The notes under the pieces were generated by a model, which was not told the origin of the DNA, ran no database searches, and saw nothing but the letters and a program-made list of their open reading frames with translations. 64,000 nucleotides of DNA from Candidatus Omnitrophota bacterium (GTDB taxonomy: Bacteria > Omnitrophota > Gorgyraeia > Gygaellales > Profunditerraquicolaceae): assembly GCA_022710715.1 (NCBI GenBank), contig JAKLGJ010000001.1, forward strand, positions 106,041-170,040, given 5' to 3'. A program made the position numbers and the translations under genes. Each line of letters opens with the position of its first letter. Position 1 is the stretch's first letter. Of the stretch, positions 9,887-21,809 are shown in pieces.

Positions 9887-10711
9887 ATGAGTGAACGATT
9901 AGCTGATCTGCACGTGCATACGGTTTTTTCCGATGGTACTCTTACGCCCCAGGAACTTATCGACAGGGCCGGCGGTATCGGTCTGGCTGCGCTTTCCGTG
10001 GTCGATCATGATACCGTGGAAGGGGTCCGTCCGAGCATTGACGCCGGTCGGCGGGCAGGCATCGAGGTGCTGCCCGGTATCGAACTGACCGCGGAATACG
10101 GCGATCTGGAAGTGCATATTCTCGGTTATCTGTTCGATGATCGCCATCCGCCGTTATTGAAGCAACTGGAGCAGCTCAAGCAAAACCGTATCCAGCGCGT
10201 GCATGCGATGCTCGCCAAACTGGAAGCGATGGACATTCATCTGGCCGCCGGACAAGTCTTCGCTCTTTCGTCTTCCGGAACGGTAAGCAGGCTGCATCTG
10301 GCCCGCGCCATGGTCCAGGCCGGGATCACCGCATCTCTGTGGGAGGCGTTCGACAAATACATCGGCGACCGGGGGCCGGCCTATGTGATGGGGTTCAAAC
10401 TCACCGCGCAGGAAGCGATCGCGTTGATCCTGGAAGCCGGGGGCGTCCCGGTGCTGGCGCATCCGTATGCTTTGCGCCGTAACGCGTTGATCCCGGAACT
10501 TGTCGCGTTCGGCATCAAAGGGTTAGAGGTGTATTACCCCGAACATTCCCCGTCTATGGTGGAAGCGTATTTACAGATAGCCCGTACCTATAACCTGGTG
10601 GTGACCGGCGGTTCCGATTTCCACGGGCAGGCGAAACCCGACGTGAAATTGGGCAGCCGTACCGTCACGTATGCACTGGTGGAAGCACTTAAAAAGGCGC
10701 GCACGCAATGA
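9887..10711 (+). CDS. PHP-domain phosphoesterase (TrpH/YciV RNase AM-like)
   Basis: N-terminal DLHVHTVFSDG PHP metal-binding motif, 274 aa. Confidence 0.75.
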   Translation: MSERLADLHVHTVFSDGTLTPQELIDRAGGIGLAALSVVDHDTVEGVRPSIDAGRRAGIEVLPGIELTAEYGDLEVHILGYLFDDRHPPLLKQLEQLKQNRIQRVHAMLAKLEAMDIHLAAGQVFALSSSGTVSRLHLARAMVQAGITASLWEAFDKYIGDRGPAYVMGFKLTAQEAIALILEAGGVPVLAHPYALRRNALIPELVAFGIKGLEVYYPEHSPSMVEAYLQIARTYNLVVTGGSDFHGQAKPDVKLGSRTVTYALVEALKKARTQ

Positions 10712-11799
10712 AGAAAGACCATATCTATTATATGAAAACAGCCATGTCGCTTGCCCTAAAGGCGCGCGGCTTGACTTCGCCCAATCCGATGGTTGGCGCG
10801 GTGGTGGTCAAAGATGGAGAAATAATCGGGCGGGGATACCATGAAAGAGCCGGGTTGCCCCACGCGGAAGTCATCGCCCTGGATGAGGCGGGCAAGCGCG
10901 CGCGGGGCGCTACGCTCTATGCTACCCTGGAACCGTGCATGCATTACGGACGCACGCCTCCGTGCGTGGACCGGATCATTCAAAGCGGCGTGCGCGAAGT
11001 GATCATCGGGATGATCGATCCCAATCCGATCAATAACGGAAAAGGCGTGCAGATCCTGCAGAATCATAAGATAAAGGTCGAGGTCGGTTTTTGTGAACAG
11101 GAATTGCGCCGGCTCAACGAAGCTTTCATCAAATATATCACCACCCGTCTTCCTTTTGTCACGGTCAAAGTAGCCCAGTCTCTGGACGGGAAGATCGCCA
11201 CGCGCACCGGAGAATCGCAGTGGATCAGCTGCGACGCCTCGCGCGCGTTTTGTCACCGGATGCGCCAGGAGTACGACGCGATCATGGTGGGAGTCAATAC
11301 GGTGCTGCGGGATAATCCCCGTCTCCAGGCTTCGGGCGCCAAACGTCAGCCGGTGAAGGTAATCGTAGACAGCACGTTAAGCACTCCTCAAGACGGGCGG
11401 ATATTCGATCAGCAGGGTAAAGTGATCCTGGTGACTCTGCCGGTCATGCCGGGGCAGGAAACCGAGAACCGGCGTGCGCTCGGGGAGAAGGCGAAGATCC
11501 TTGAAGTAAAAGAGAAAGAAGGCCAGATAAATCTCAAAGACATGCTTAAACAGCTGGCTCGTCTGGAAATTACCACCGTGCTGGTAGAAGGCGGCGGCAC
11601 GTTGATCGGATCTCTGTTCGATGAGAAGCTGGTGGATAAAGTGATGTTTTTCATCAGTCCCAAGATTATCGGGGGCAAAGAAGCGATCAGTTCGGTGATG
11701 GGGCGGGGCGTGTCGCGGCTGGATGCCGCCAGCGCGGTCAAGGATGTCCGCGTGAAGCGGTTTAAAGACGATATTTTGATAGAGGGGTATGTAAGGTAG
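10708..11799 (+). CDS. ribD: bifunctional diaminohydroxyphosphoribosylaminopyrimidine deaminase / 5-amino-6-(5-phosphoribosylamino)uracil reductase
   Basis: CMP/dCMP deaminase zinc motif HAEVIAL...PCMHYGRTPPC plus a C-terminal reductase domain. Confidence 0.9.
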   Translation: MKKDHIYYMKTAMSLALKARGLTSPNPMVGAVVVKDGEIIGRGYHERAGLPHAEVIALDEAGKRARGATLYATLEPCMHYGRTPPCVDRIIQSGVREVIIGMIDPNPINNGKGVQILQNHKIKVEVGFCEQELRRLNEAFIKYITTRLPFVTVKVAQSLDGKIATRTGESQWISCDASRAFCHRMRQEYDAIMVGVNTVLRDNPRLQASGAKRQPVKVIVDSTLSTPQDGRIFDQQGKVILVTLPVMPGQETENRRALGEKAKILEVKEKEGQINLKDMLKQLARLEITTVLVEGGGTLIGSLFDEKLVDKVMFFISPKIIGGKEAISSVMGRGVSRLDAASAVKDVRVKRFKDDILIEGYVR

Positions 11800-11800
11800 A

Positions 11801-12385
11801 ATGTTCAGCGGGATTATCGAGGAATTAGGCGTGGTGCGCAGTCTGGTACGCAGGGGCGCGGTGTATGTGCTGGCGCTGGAAGCGGACGCGGTCCTGGAAG
11901 GGACCAGGATCGGGGACAGCATTGCGGTCAACGGCGTGTGCCTGACTGTGGTCGGTATGGAGAAACGCACGGTCCGGTTCGAGGTTATGCCCGAAACGCT
12001 CAAAGTCACCAATCTTGCGCGGCTGCACAGCTCCGATAAAGTCAATCTGGAACGCAGCCTTAAAGTGGGAGACAGGATTTCCGGGCATTTTGTCACCGGG
12101 CACATCGATTGTCTGGGAGCGATCAGGCGCAAAACGCATAGCGGGGGAAACTTGAGTTTCGAGATCGATATCCCGGCCGCTTGCCGCGGTTACATTATTC
12201 CCAAAGGTTCGGTTGCTCTTGATGGCATCAGTCTCACCATAGCGCAGGTGAATCCGTCGGGATTTACGGTCAATATCATTCCGCACACCGGTGCGCATTC
12301 CACGCTGGGGTTCAAAGGATCGTCTGATGCGGTCAACGTCGAGTGCGATATCCTGGCAAAATCCGTCTATTGTCAAAGGCATTGA
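11801..12385 (+). CDS. ribE: riboflavin synthase alpha subunit
   Basis: MFSGIIEELG start and duplicated lumazine-binding repeats (GDSIAVNGVCLTV / GSVALDGISLT). Confidence 0.9.
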   Translation: MFSGIIEELGVVRSLVRRGAVYVLALEADAVLEGTRIGDSIAVNGVCLTVVGMEKRTVRFEVMPETLKVTNLARLHSSDKVNLERSLKVGDRISGHFVTGHIDCLGAIRRKTHSGGNLSFEIDIPAACRGYIIPKGSVALDGISLTIAQVNPSGFTVNIIPHTGAHSTLGFKGSSDAVNVECDILAKSVYCQRH

Positions 12386-12440
12386 TTTCTGGTATACTAA
12401 TTTGGTTACGAATTTGAATGGGGACGTTCCCCATCTTTAT

Positions 12441-12517
12441 CGGGGCGTGGCTCAGCTTGGTAGAGCGCAACGTTCGGGACGTTGAGGCCACAGGTTCAAG
12501 TCCTGTCGCCCCGACCA
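12441..12517 (+). tRNA. tRNA-Pro (anticodon CGG)
   Basis: Manual cloverleaf: acceptor CGGGGCG/CGCCCCG, D-arm GCTC-AGCTTGGTA-GAGC, anticodon stem CAACG/CGTTG with loop TTCGGGA (anticodon CGG), T-arm ACAGG-TTCAAGT-CCTGT, discriminator A, encoded CCA. Confidence 0.85.
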
Positions 12518-12540
12518 TTTTATTCGCGGTGGCTGGCGCG

Positions 12541-12812
12541 ATGGTCAAGCAAGTCCACGTTTTATACAGTGGCAGAGTGCAGGGAGTCGGTTTCCGGTAT
12601 ACTGCTGAAGAATCCGCGCAGCGCCTGGGTATAGTCGGCTGGGTGAAGAACCTGCGCGACGGCAGGGTAGAGATCATGGCGGAAGCCGAGGAGCATCTCC
12701 TGCAGGCGTTCCTGGAAGAGATCAAGAATGCGTTTGCCGGGCATATCCGGGAAGCGGATGTCACCTGGCAGGCTGCCGAAAGCCGCTATTCTGAATTCAC
12801 CGTGACCTTTTA

Positions 12813-12813
<1 letters not shown>
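12541..12813 (+). CDS. acyP: acylphosphatase
   Basis: [16 protein letters not shown] and [12 protein letters not shown] acylphosphatase signatures, 90 aa. The upstream ORF extension overlaps the tRNA and was rejected. Confidence 0.85.
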
Positions 12814-16021
<3,208 letters not shown>

Positions 16022-16025
<4 letters not shown>

Positions 16026-16636
16026 TAGTCGAGCAGGTGACGGTAGGGCAGCTCGAGGTTAATTGCTACATCCTGGCTGCGGGCCCGGACAGCCAGGCGG
16101 TGATCATCGATCCCGGAGCAGACGTTCCGCGGATCAAGCAGGCGCTTGCCCGGTACCGGCTGACGCCGGGTATAGTCATCAATACCCACGGTCATTATGA
16201 CCATATCGGCGGCGATGACGCTCTCGGGGTCCCGATCTATGCCCACGAGGAGGAGGTCGCGCTGCTCAAAGACGCCAAACGCAATTATTCGGTTTTCTTT
16301 ACCACTGCCTTCAGGGTTACCGCCCCGATCCATCCGGTGCGCGACCGGCAGATTATCCGTTTCGGCGGTATCGAGCTGGAAGTGCTGCATGTGCCCGGGC
16401 ATAGCCCCGGCGGGATCAGCCTGCTGATGCGCGCCCCGCGGACGGATATGGTATTTACCGGCGACAGTCTGTTCGCCGGCAGTATCGGCCGCACGGATCT
16501 CGAGGGGGACGCCGGCGTGCTGGTGGCGACGATCAAGGAAAAGCTGCTGGTTTTACCGGATCAGACGCTGGTGTATCCGGGGCACGGGTCATCGACGACT
16601 ATCGGTGAAGAGAAAGCCGGTAATCCTTTCCTATGA
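16022..16636 (+). CDS. MBL-fold metallo-hydrolase (glyoxalase II-like)
   Basis: HGHYDHIGG zinc-binding motif, 204 aa. Confidence 0.8.
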
Positions 16637-17520
16637 ACGCAAGTATTGACGCTTTTCTTGATTATTTGTCGGTGGAGCGCGGATTAGCCAGGAACACCAT
16701 CCTGGCTTATAAAGACGACCTGGAGGGGTTCGAAGAATTCCTGCGGGGCGCCGCGATCGAGTCTGTCTTCAAGACGACCAAGAATGAGGTGATCAACTTC
16801 ATGTTGGCCGAGAAGGATCACGGGATCTCGCCGAATTCTATCGCCCGCAGGCTGGCGGCGATACGGATGTTCTTCCGTTTCCTGGTCCGCGAACGGATGA
16901 TCAAGAATGATCCCACGGTTCTGATCGATTCGCCGAAACTGTGGAAGAAGATCCCCGATACGCTCTCGCTGGCCGAGGTGGAGGCGTTGCTCGCCCAGCC
17001 GTCCCTGCGCACGCCGCAGGGCATACGGGATAAAGCCATCCTGGAAACCATGTATGCTACGGGCATGCGCGTTTCGGAAGCGGTGCATCTCAAGCTTGAC
17101 GGTATCAACCTCGAAGTGGGTTTTTTGCGCTGCATCGGCAAGGGGAATAAGGAGAGGATTATCCCTCTGGGCAAGAAAGCGATTGCCAGCCTGCAGCGTT
17201 ATCTGACTGTTTCCCGTCCGAAATTCCTGAAACAAAAGACTTCGGATGCCTTGTTCGTCAGCCGGCTGGGGCAGCGGATCAGCCGGCAGTCGTTATGGAA
17301 GCTCATTAAGATGTATGCCCGGCAGGCGCGGATCAAGAAGGCGATCAAACCGCATATCTTGAGACATTCATTCGCCACGCATCTGCTCGAGTACGGAGCG
17401 GATCTTCGCTCGGTGCAGGAAATGCTCGGTCATGCGAATATCGCAACGACGCAGATTTATACGCATATCAATAAGGATCGGTTGAAGACGATACATCGTA
17501 TGTATCATCCCCGGCCGTAA
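16633..17520 (+). CDS. xerD: site-specific tyrosine recombinase XerD/XerC
   Basis: N-terminal SAM-like core-binding domain. Catalytic RHSFATHLL...GH...TQIYTHI with the terminal Tyr. Confidence 0.85.
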   Translation: MNASIDAFLDYLSVERGLARNTILAYKDDLEGFEEFLRGAAIESVFKTTKNEVINFMLAEKDHGISPNSIARRLAAIRMFFRFLVRERMIKNDPTVLIDSPKLWKKIPDTLSLAEVEALLAQPSLRTPQGIRDKAILETMYATGMRVSEAVHLKLDGINLEVGFLRCIGKGNKERIIPLGKKAIASLQRYLTVSRPKFLKQKTSDALFVSRLGQRISRQSLWKLIKMYARQARIKKAIKPHILRHSFATHLLEYGADLRSVQEMLGHANIATTQIYTHINKDRLKTIHRMYHPRP

Positions 17521-17522
17521 TC

Positions 17523-18803
17523 ATGGAAAGACATTTAAAAAAGTTACCCGAAGAAATGCAGCGGTTGTTGTATGAAGCCCGCGATACGGCCGACCGGCTG
17601 GGGGTGCCGGTTTTTCTTATCGGCGGGTCGGTGCGCGACCTGATCATGGATGTCGGGAATTTCGATCTGGATATCGCGGTAGAGGGCGACGGGATCGGTT
17701 TTGCCAAAGACTATGCCCGGACGCTCAAGGCTGCCTGGCTGGCGCATAAGCGATTCGGCACGGCTACGGTTACGGTTAAACCACATCTCAAGATCGACGT
17801 CGCCAGTACCCGCCGCGAAACCTATCCTGCGGCGGGCGCTTTGCCACAGGTCAAGGCCGGATCGCTGATCCATGATCTGGCCCGCCGGGATTTTACCATC
17901 AATACCCTGGCGTTACGGCTTAACCGCAAAGGTTTCGGCGAGGTTGTCGACAAGTTCAACGGCAGAAAAGACATTGCGCGGAAGTTGATCCGGATATTGC
18001 ACGACCGGAGTTTTATCGACGATCCTACGCGGATCCTGCGCGGGATCCGTTTCGAGCAGCGCTACGGCTTCCATATCGAACCCCGGACGCTCGCCTGTTT
18101 AAAAGCGGCGGTCAGGCGCGATGCGCTGTCTTCCGTCGGCCCGCAGCGCGTGCGCGACGAGTTGCATCTGTTATGCAAGGAAAAACATCCGCTTAAGTCC
18201 CTCAAGCGATTGCAGGTTCTGGCGGGGTTGCATTTCATTCATCCGCGGCTGTCGCTGTCGTCTGCGAAGCAGCAGCTTTTAGCGCAGGCGGAGAGGCAGG
18301 TTTCCTGGTTCGAGAACCAGCTGCCGCCGCATCGTCAGCTGGATACCTGGCTGGTATATTTTCTCGCTTTGCTCGACGGTTTATCCGTCAACGACGTGCA
18401 CGCGGTTTGCCGGCGTTTTGTTTTTCGCAAAGGGGAGGAGAAGCGCATGCTGGTTTACGCGGCTTCCCGGACCAGGGTGCTCCAGGCGTTGCAGAAGAAA
18501 GAGATCCGCCCCAGCGAAATCTATCATCTGCTGGAGCCGTTGAGTTTCGAGGCGATCATCGTGCTGAAAGCCAAAGCCGCGGGTAAGGGCGTGCAGCGGC
18601 ATATCGAGTTGTTTCTTACGCAGTATAGCGGCACGCGGATTTCGGTAAGCGGAGATACCCTGGCCGGTTTCGGAGTGCGGCCGGGGCCGCAGTATCAAAT
18701 GGTTTTGCGCAGGGTGTTCGATGCCAAACTTAACCGCCAGGTCCACTCTAAGGAGGAAGAGGTGGCGTTGGCGCGGGATCTCGCCCGTAAACCATACGAT
18801 TAA
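17523..18803 (+). CDS. CCA tRNA nucleotidyltransferase / poly(A) polymerase family protein
   Basis: Pol-beta nucleotidyltransferase motif GGSVRDLIMDVGNFDLDIA, 426 aa. Confidence 0.8.
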   Translation: MERHLKKLPEEMQRLLYEARDTADRLGVPVFLIGGSVRDLIMDVGNFDLDIAVEGDGIGFAKDYARTLKAAWLAHKRFGTATVTVKPHLKIDVASTRRETYPAAGALPQVKAGSLIHDLARRDFTINTLALRLNRKGFGEVVDKFNGRKDIARKLIRILHDRSFIDDPTRILRGIRFEQRYGFHIEPRTLACLKAAVRRDALSSVGPQRVRDELHLLCKEKHPLKSLKRLQVLAGLHFIHPRLSLSSAKQQLLAQAERQVSWFENQLPPHRQLDTWLVYFLALLDGLSVNDVHAVCRRFVFRKGEEKRMLVYAASRTRVLQALQKKEIRPSEIYHLLEPLSFEAIIVLKAKAAGKGVQRHIELFLTQYSGTRISVSGDTLAGFGVRPGPQYQMVLRRVFDAKLNRQVHSKEEEVALARDLARKPYD

Positions 18804-18829
18804 GTGCAGCAGGGAAAGGGGACAATGCC

Positions 18830-19204
18830 ATGATGCGTCAGGAGAAAGTCAAACAGGCAATAAAGAAAGAAGTCAGCGATATTATCGCGAACGAACTCAA
18901 GGATCCGCGGGTGGGGTTTATCACCATTACCGAGGTGCAGATGAGTCCGGATCTGCGGTATGCCAGGATATTTTACAGCGTGCTGGGGAAAGAAAAAGAG
19001 CATACCAAGACCGCAGAGGCGTTAAAATCCGCTCTGGGGTTTATCCGCAAAGAGCTGGCTCAACGCATACAGCTGCGTTTTGCCCCGGAGATCGCTTTCA
19101 AAGAGGATCGCTCCGGAGAATACAGCTTGCGGATACAGGAAGTGCTGGAGGAGATCAAGGACCTTGACGGGCCGGAGAAGCACAAAAAAGAAGGTCAGCC
19201 ATGA
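18830..19204 (+). CDS. rbfA: ribosome-binding factor A
   Basis: RbfA KH-like signature RVGFITITEVQMSPDLRYARIFYSV, 124 aa. Confidence 0.85.
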   Translation: MMRQEKVKQAIKKEVSDIIANELKDPRVGFITITEVQMSPDLRYARIFYSVLGKEKEHTKTAEALKSALGFIRKELAQRIQLRFAPEIAFKEDRSGEYSLRIQEVLEEIKDLDGPEKHKKEGQP

Positions 19205-20205
19205 GCATAGAAAAAGCCGTTTCCTGTATCAAGAAATACCGTCGATTCCTCATCTCCAGCCACACCAACATGGAAGGCGATGCGCTGGGATCGGAACTCG
19301 CTTTTTATTTCCTGGTCAAAAAGCTGGGTAAACAGGCGGTGATCGTCAATGAGGATCCGGTGCCGTACGGCTACGAATTCCTTCCCGGGCAGAACGCGAT
19401 ACGCCGTTATCGCCACGGGATGAAGGTTCCGGCTTTCGATTGTTTCGTCGCGGTCGATTGTTCCGATGAGCGGCGTACCGGCGAGGTCTATCGGTTGAAC
19501 GGCGAGCCGGGCGGGGCAAGCGTGCGCAAACCGATCCTCAATATCGACCACCATATCAGCAACGGTTTTTTCGGGACGGTTAACTGGGTAGACCCGCAGG
19601 CTTCCTGCGCCTGTGAAATGGTCTATGAGCTGTATAAGCGGCTGGGGGTGGCGCTGGATAAGAAAGCGGCGCTTGCGCTGTACGCGGGAATAGTGACCGA
19701 TACCGGGTCATTCCGCTATACCAATACTACCGCACACACGCACGCGGTGGCGTCCGAACTGATCGCTTGCGGGGTGCCGGTAGCGGCTATTTACCGTTCC
19801 ATCTACGCGAGCATCCCGCTTGAGGATCTGCGTTTATTGTTGCGCGTGCTGCCCACGATGAAAGTTGAATTGGGCGGTAAAGTGGTCTGGTTTCAACTGC
19901 GCAAAGAGCTGTTGAAAAAGGCCGGGGTCGTTACCATCGATCTCGGAGAGAGCGTGTTGAATTTCGGCCGTTCCCTGAAGGACGTGGAGGTGGTGATACT
20001 TTTTAAGGAGAATCTCACCCGGCAGAATGAAGTCCGGGTCAATTTCCGTTCGCAGGGAGCGATCGATGTCAATCAGATCGCGCGTGCGTTCGGCGGCGGC
20101 GGGCATAAGACCGCCAGCGGGTGTACCGTCAAGGGGGCGCTCGATGCTTTGCGCCGGCGGGTGCTGCAAAAAGTCAGGCAGGCGGTGTATGCGCGTCACC
20201 CGTGA
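19201..20205 (+). CDS. nrnA: DHH-family bifunctional oligoribonuclease / pAp phosphatase NrnA
   Basis: DHH motifs (ISSHTNMEGDALGS, DHH) and a DHHA1 C-terminal domain with GGGH. Confidence 0.8.
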   Translation: MSIEKAVSCIKKYRRFLISSHTNMEGDALGSELAFYFLVKKLGKQAVIVNEDPVPYGYEFLPGQNAIRRYRHGMKVPAFDCFVAVDCSDERRTGEVYRLNGEPGGASVRKPILNIDHHISNGFFGTVNWVDPQASCACEMVYELYKRLGVALDKKAALALYAGIVTDTGSFRYTNTTAHTHAVASELIACGVPVAAIYRSIYASIPLEDLRLLLRVLPTMKVELGGKVVWFQLRKELLKKAGVVTIDLGESVLNFGRSLKDVEVVILFKENLTRQNEVRVNFRSQGAIDVNQIARAFGGGGHKTASGCTVKGALDALRRRVLQKVRQAVYARHP

Positions 20206-21097
20206 TCCTTACCATCCAGGCATAGCCCGTCGCTCGGTCGTCGCCATAGGCGTTTTCGACGGCGTGCACCGGGCTCATCGCGTTATCATTTCCAGCGCGG
20301 TAGCGTTCGCCAGGCGTACCGGCGCTACCAGCGTCGTTCTGACATTCTGGCCTCATCCGCAGGGGCAGCAAAGTCTCTATTCGCTCGAACACCGGATCAG
20401 GATCATCGCAGAGCTGGGAGCGGATGTCTGCGTCGTCGCGCGGTTCGACCGTCGCTTTGCCCGCATGGCGGCCGCCGCCTTTATCAAGAGAATCCTGGTT
20501 GACGCATTGCGCGCTTCGGCGGTTTACGTCGGTGAGAATTTCCGTTTCGGCAAAGACGCGCGCGGCGACAGCGCGTTGCTTCAAAAATACTCTGCGCAGT
20601 TCCATTATGCGCTCAAGATATTCCGCGTCCTCAAGTCGCATCGCCGAATTATCAGCAGTACGGCTATCCGCAGGCTTATCGTCGAAGGCAAGCTCTATGA
20701 AGCAGCGTCGCTGCTGGAGCATCCGGTGAGTATCCTCGGCAGGGTGGGCAGGGGGGATTCGCTGGCTACCCGGCTGGGTTTTCCTACGGCCAACATCGAT
20801 CCGCAGCATGATATCGTTCCGCCCGCAGGTATTTATGCCGTGCGCATAGTGTGGAAAGGGCGGCAGTTCAAGGGTGTTTGTTATATCGGAACCCGGCCGA
20901 CCTTTAAAGCGCGCGATGCCGAAAGAAGCATCGAAGTCCATATTTTCGATTTCCGCCGGCGAATTTATGGACAGCCGCTTGAAATCGCTTTTGTAAAAAA
21001 GATCCGCAATGAACGAAAATTCAGCAGTACCCCCGCATTGATAAAAGCCATTAAAAAAGACATTATTTCCGCAAAAAAGATATTTTCTCTCCACTAA
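20189..21097 (+). CDS. ribF: bifunctional riboflavin kinase / FMN adenylyltransferase
   Basis: VVAIGVFDGVHRAHR FAD-synthetase motif and a C-terminal riboflavin kinase domain. Start chosen at the ATG 17 nt upstream of the nrnA stop; the longer ORF from 20027 is an overlap artefact. Confidence 0.85.
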   Translation: MRVTRDPYHPGIARRSVVAIGVFDGVHRAHRVIISSAVAFARRTGATSVVLTFWPHPQGQQSLYSLEHRIRIIAELGADVCVVARFDRRFARMAAAAFIKRILVDALRASAVYVGENFRFGKDARGDSALLQKYSAQFHYALKIFRVLKSHRRIISSTAIRRLIVEGKLYEAASLLEHPVSILGRVGRGDSLATRLGFPTANIDPQHDIVPPAGIYAVRIVWKGRQFKGVCYIGTRPTFKARDAERSIEVHIFDFRRRIYGQPLEIAFVKKIRNERKFSSTPALIKAIKKDIISAKKIFSLH

Positions 21098-21174
21098 TAC
21101 CACCACAATATATTGACGGCTGATCAAAAAGACAACTATCCATTGTATGCCAGATGGTTAGATAAATATTTATC

Positions 21175-21203
21175 TTGACAAAAAAGCTGTTTTTCTCTAT
21201 ACT
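21175..21203 (+). promoter_or_regulatory. Pmra-like consensus sigma70 promoter of the dcw cluster (TTGACA-17-TATACT)
   Basis: Exact TTGACA (21175-21180), 17-nt spacer, TATACT (21198-21203). Confidence 0.7.
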
Positions 21204-21215
21204 CTGGCTTACAAG

Positions 21216-21240
21216 GTGGTCGAAAGTGGTGTGAAGTGGA
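21216..21240 (+). promoter_or_regulatory. putative MraZ operator: three GTGGN pentamers separated by 5-nt spacers
   Basis: GTGGT-cgaaa-GTGGT-gtgaa-GTGGA immediately downstream of the promoter. This matches the arrangement of MraZ-binding direct repeats described for E. coli Pmra. Confidence 0.6.
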
Positions 21241-21298
21241 GGAGTCAGATTTGTTCCGGGGGTAGGGACAGTTTGTCACTCTAAATAGAGGATTAAGC

Positions 21299-21742
21299 AT
21301 GTTTTACGGAGAGTATATTCATTCTATCGACCGGAAAGGAAGATTGATTCTTCCTTCCAAATTCCGTGAAGCTGCCAAGGGCAACTTTGTCGAGCGGTTT
21401 TTTGTAACCCGGGGCCTTGATACCTGTCTTTTTATGTTCTCGGAAGAGGAGTGGCGCTCGCAGGAACAGAAATTCAAGGCGATTTCTTTTACAAAACAGG
21501 AATCCAGGATTTTTAACCGCTTGTATTTTTCCGGCGCAGTGGATGTAATCCCGGATCGCCAGGGGCGCATTCTGCTGCCGCAGTACCTGAAAGATTTTGC
21601 GCAGATCAAAAAAGATGTGGTTGTTGTCGGCGTCTCAAACAGGATTGAAATCTGGGCCAGCGAGAAGTGGCAGGAATTTTACGGCACCTGGCGCCAGTCG
21701 TTCGAAGAGATCGCCGAAAAAGTGATCGAACCCGGTTCATAA
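21299..21742 (+). CDS. mraZ: transcriptional regulator MraZ
   Basis: Duplicated SpoVT/AbrB-like DXXXR motifs (IDRKGRLILP, IPDRQGRILLP), 147 aa. Confidence 0.9.
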   Translation: MFYGEYIHSIDRKGRLILPSKFREAAKGNFVERFFVTRGLDTCLFMFSEEEWRSQEQKFKAISFTKQESRIFNRLYFSGAVDVIPDRQGRILLPQYLKDFAQIKKDVVVVGVSNRIEIWASEKWQEFYGTWRQSFEEIAEKVIEPGS

Positions 21743-21809
21743 AAGCAGCGCAGGGCGCTTTCATATAGAGAGAAATCAGTCGTTTTAGCTATTTACTAAG
21801 GAGGAAGAG

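Noticed and set aside
12418-12540. N-terminal extension of the acylphosphatase ORF that would run straight through the tRNA-Pro gene
   Set aside because: The extension overlaps a well-folded tRNA. The acylphosphatase domain begins at [11 protein letters not shown] (12541), matching the normal ~90-aa family length.
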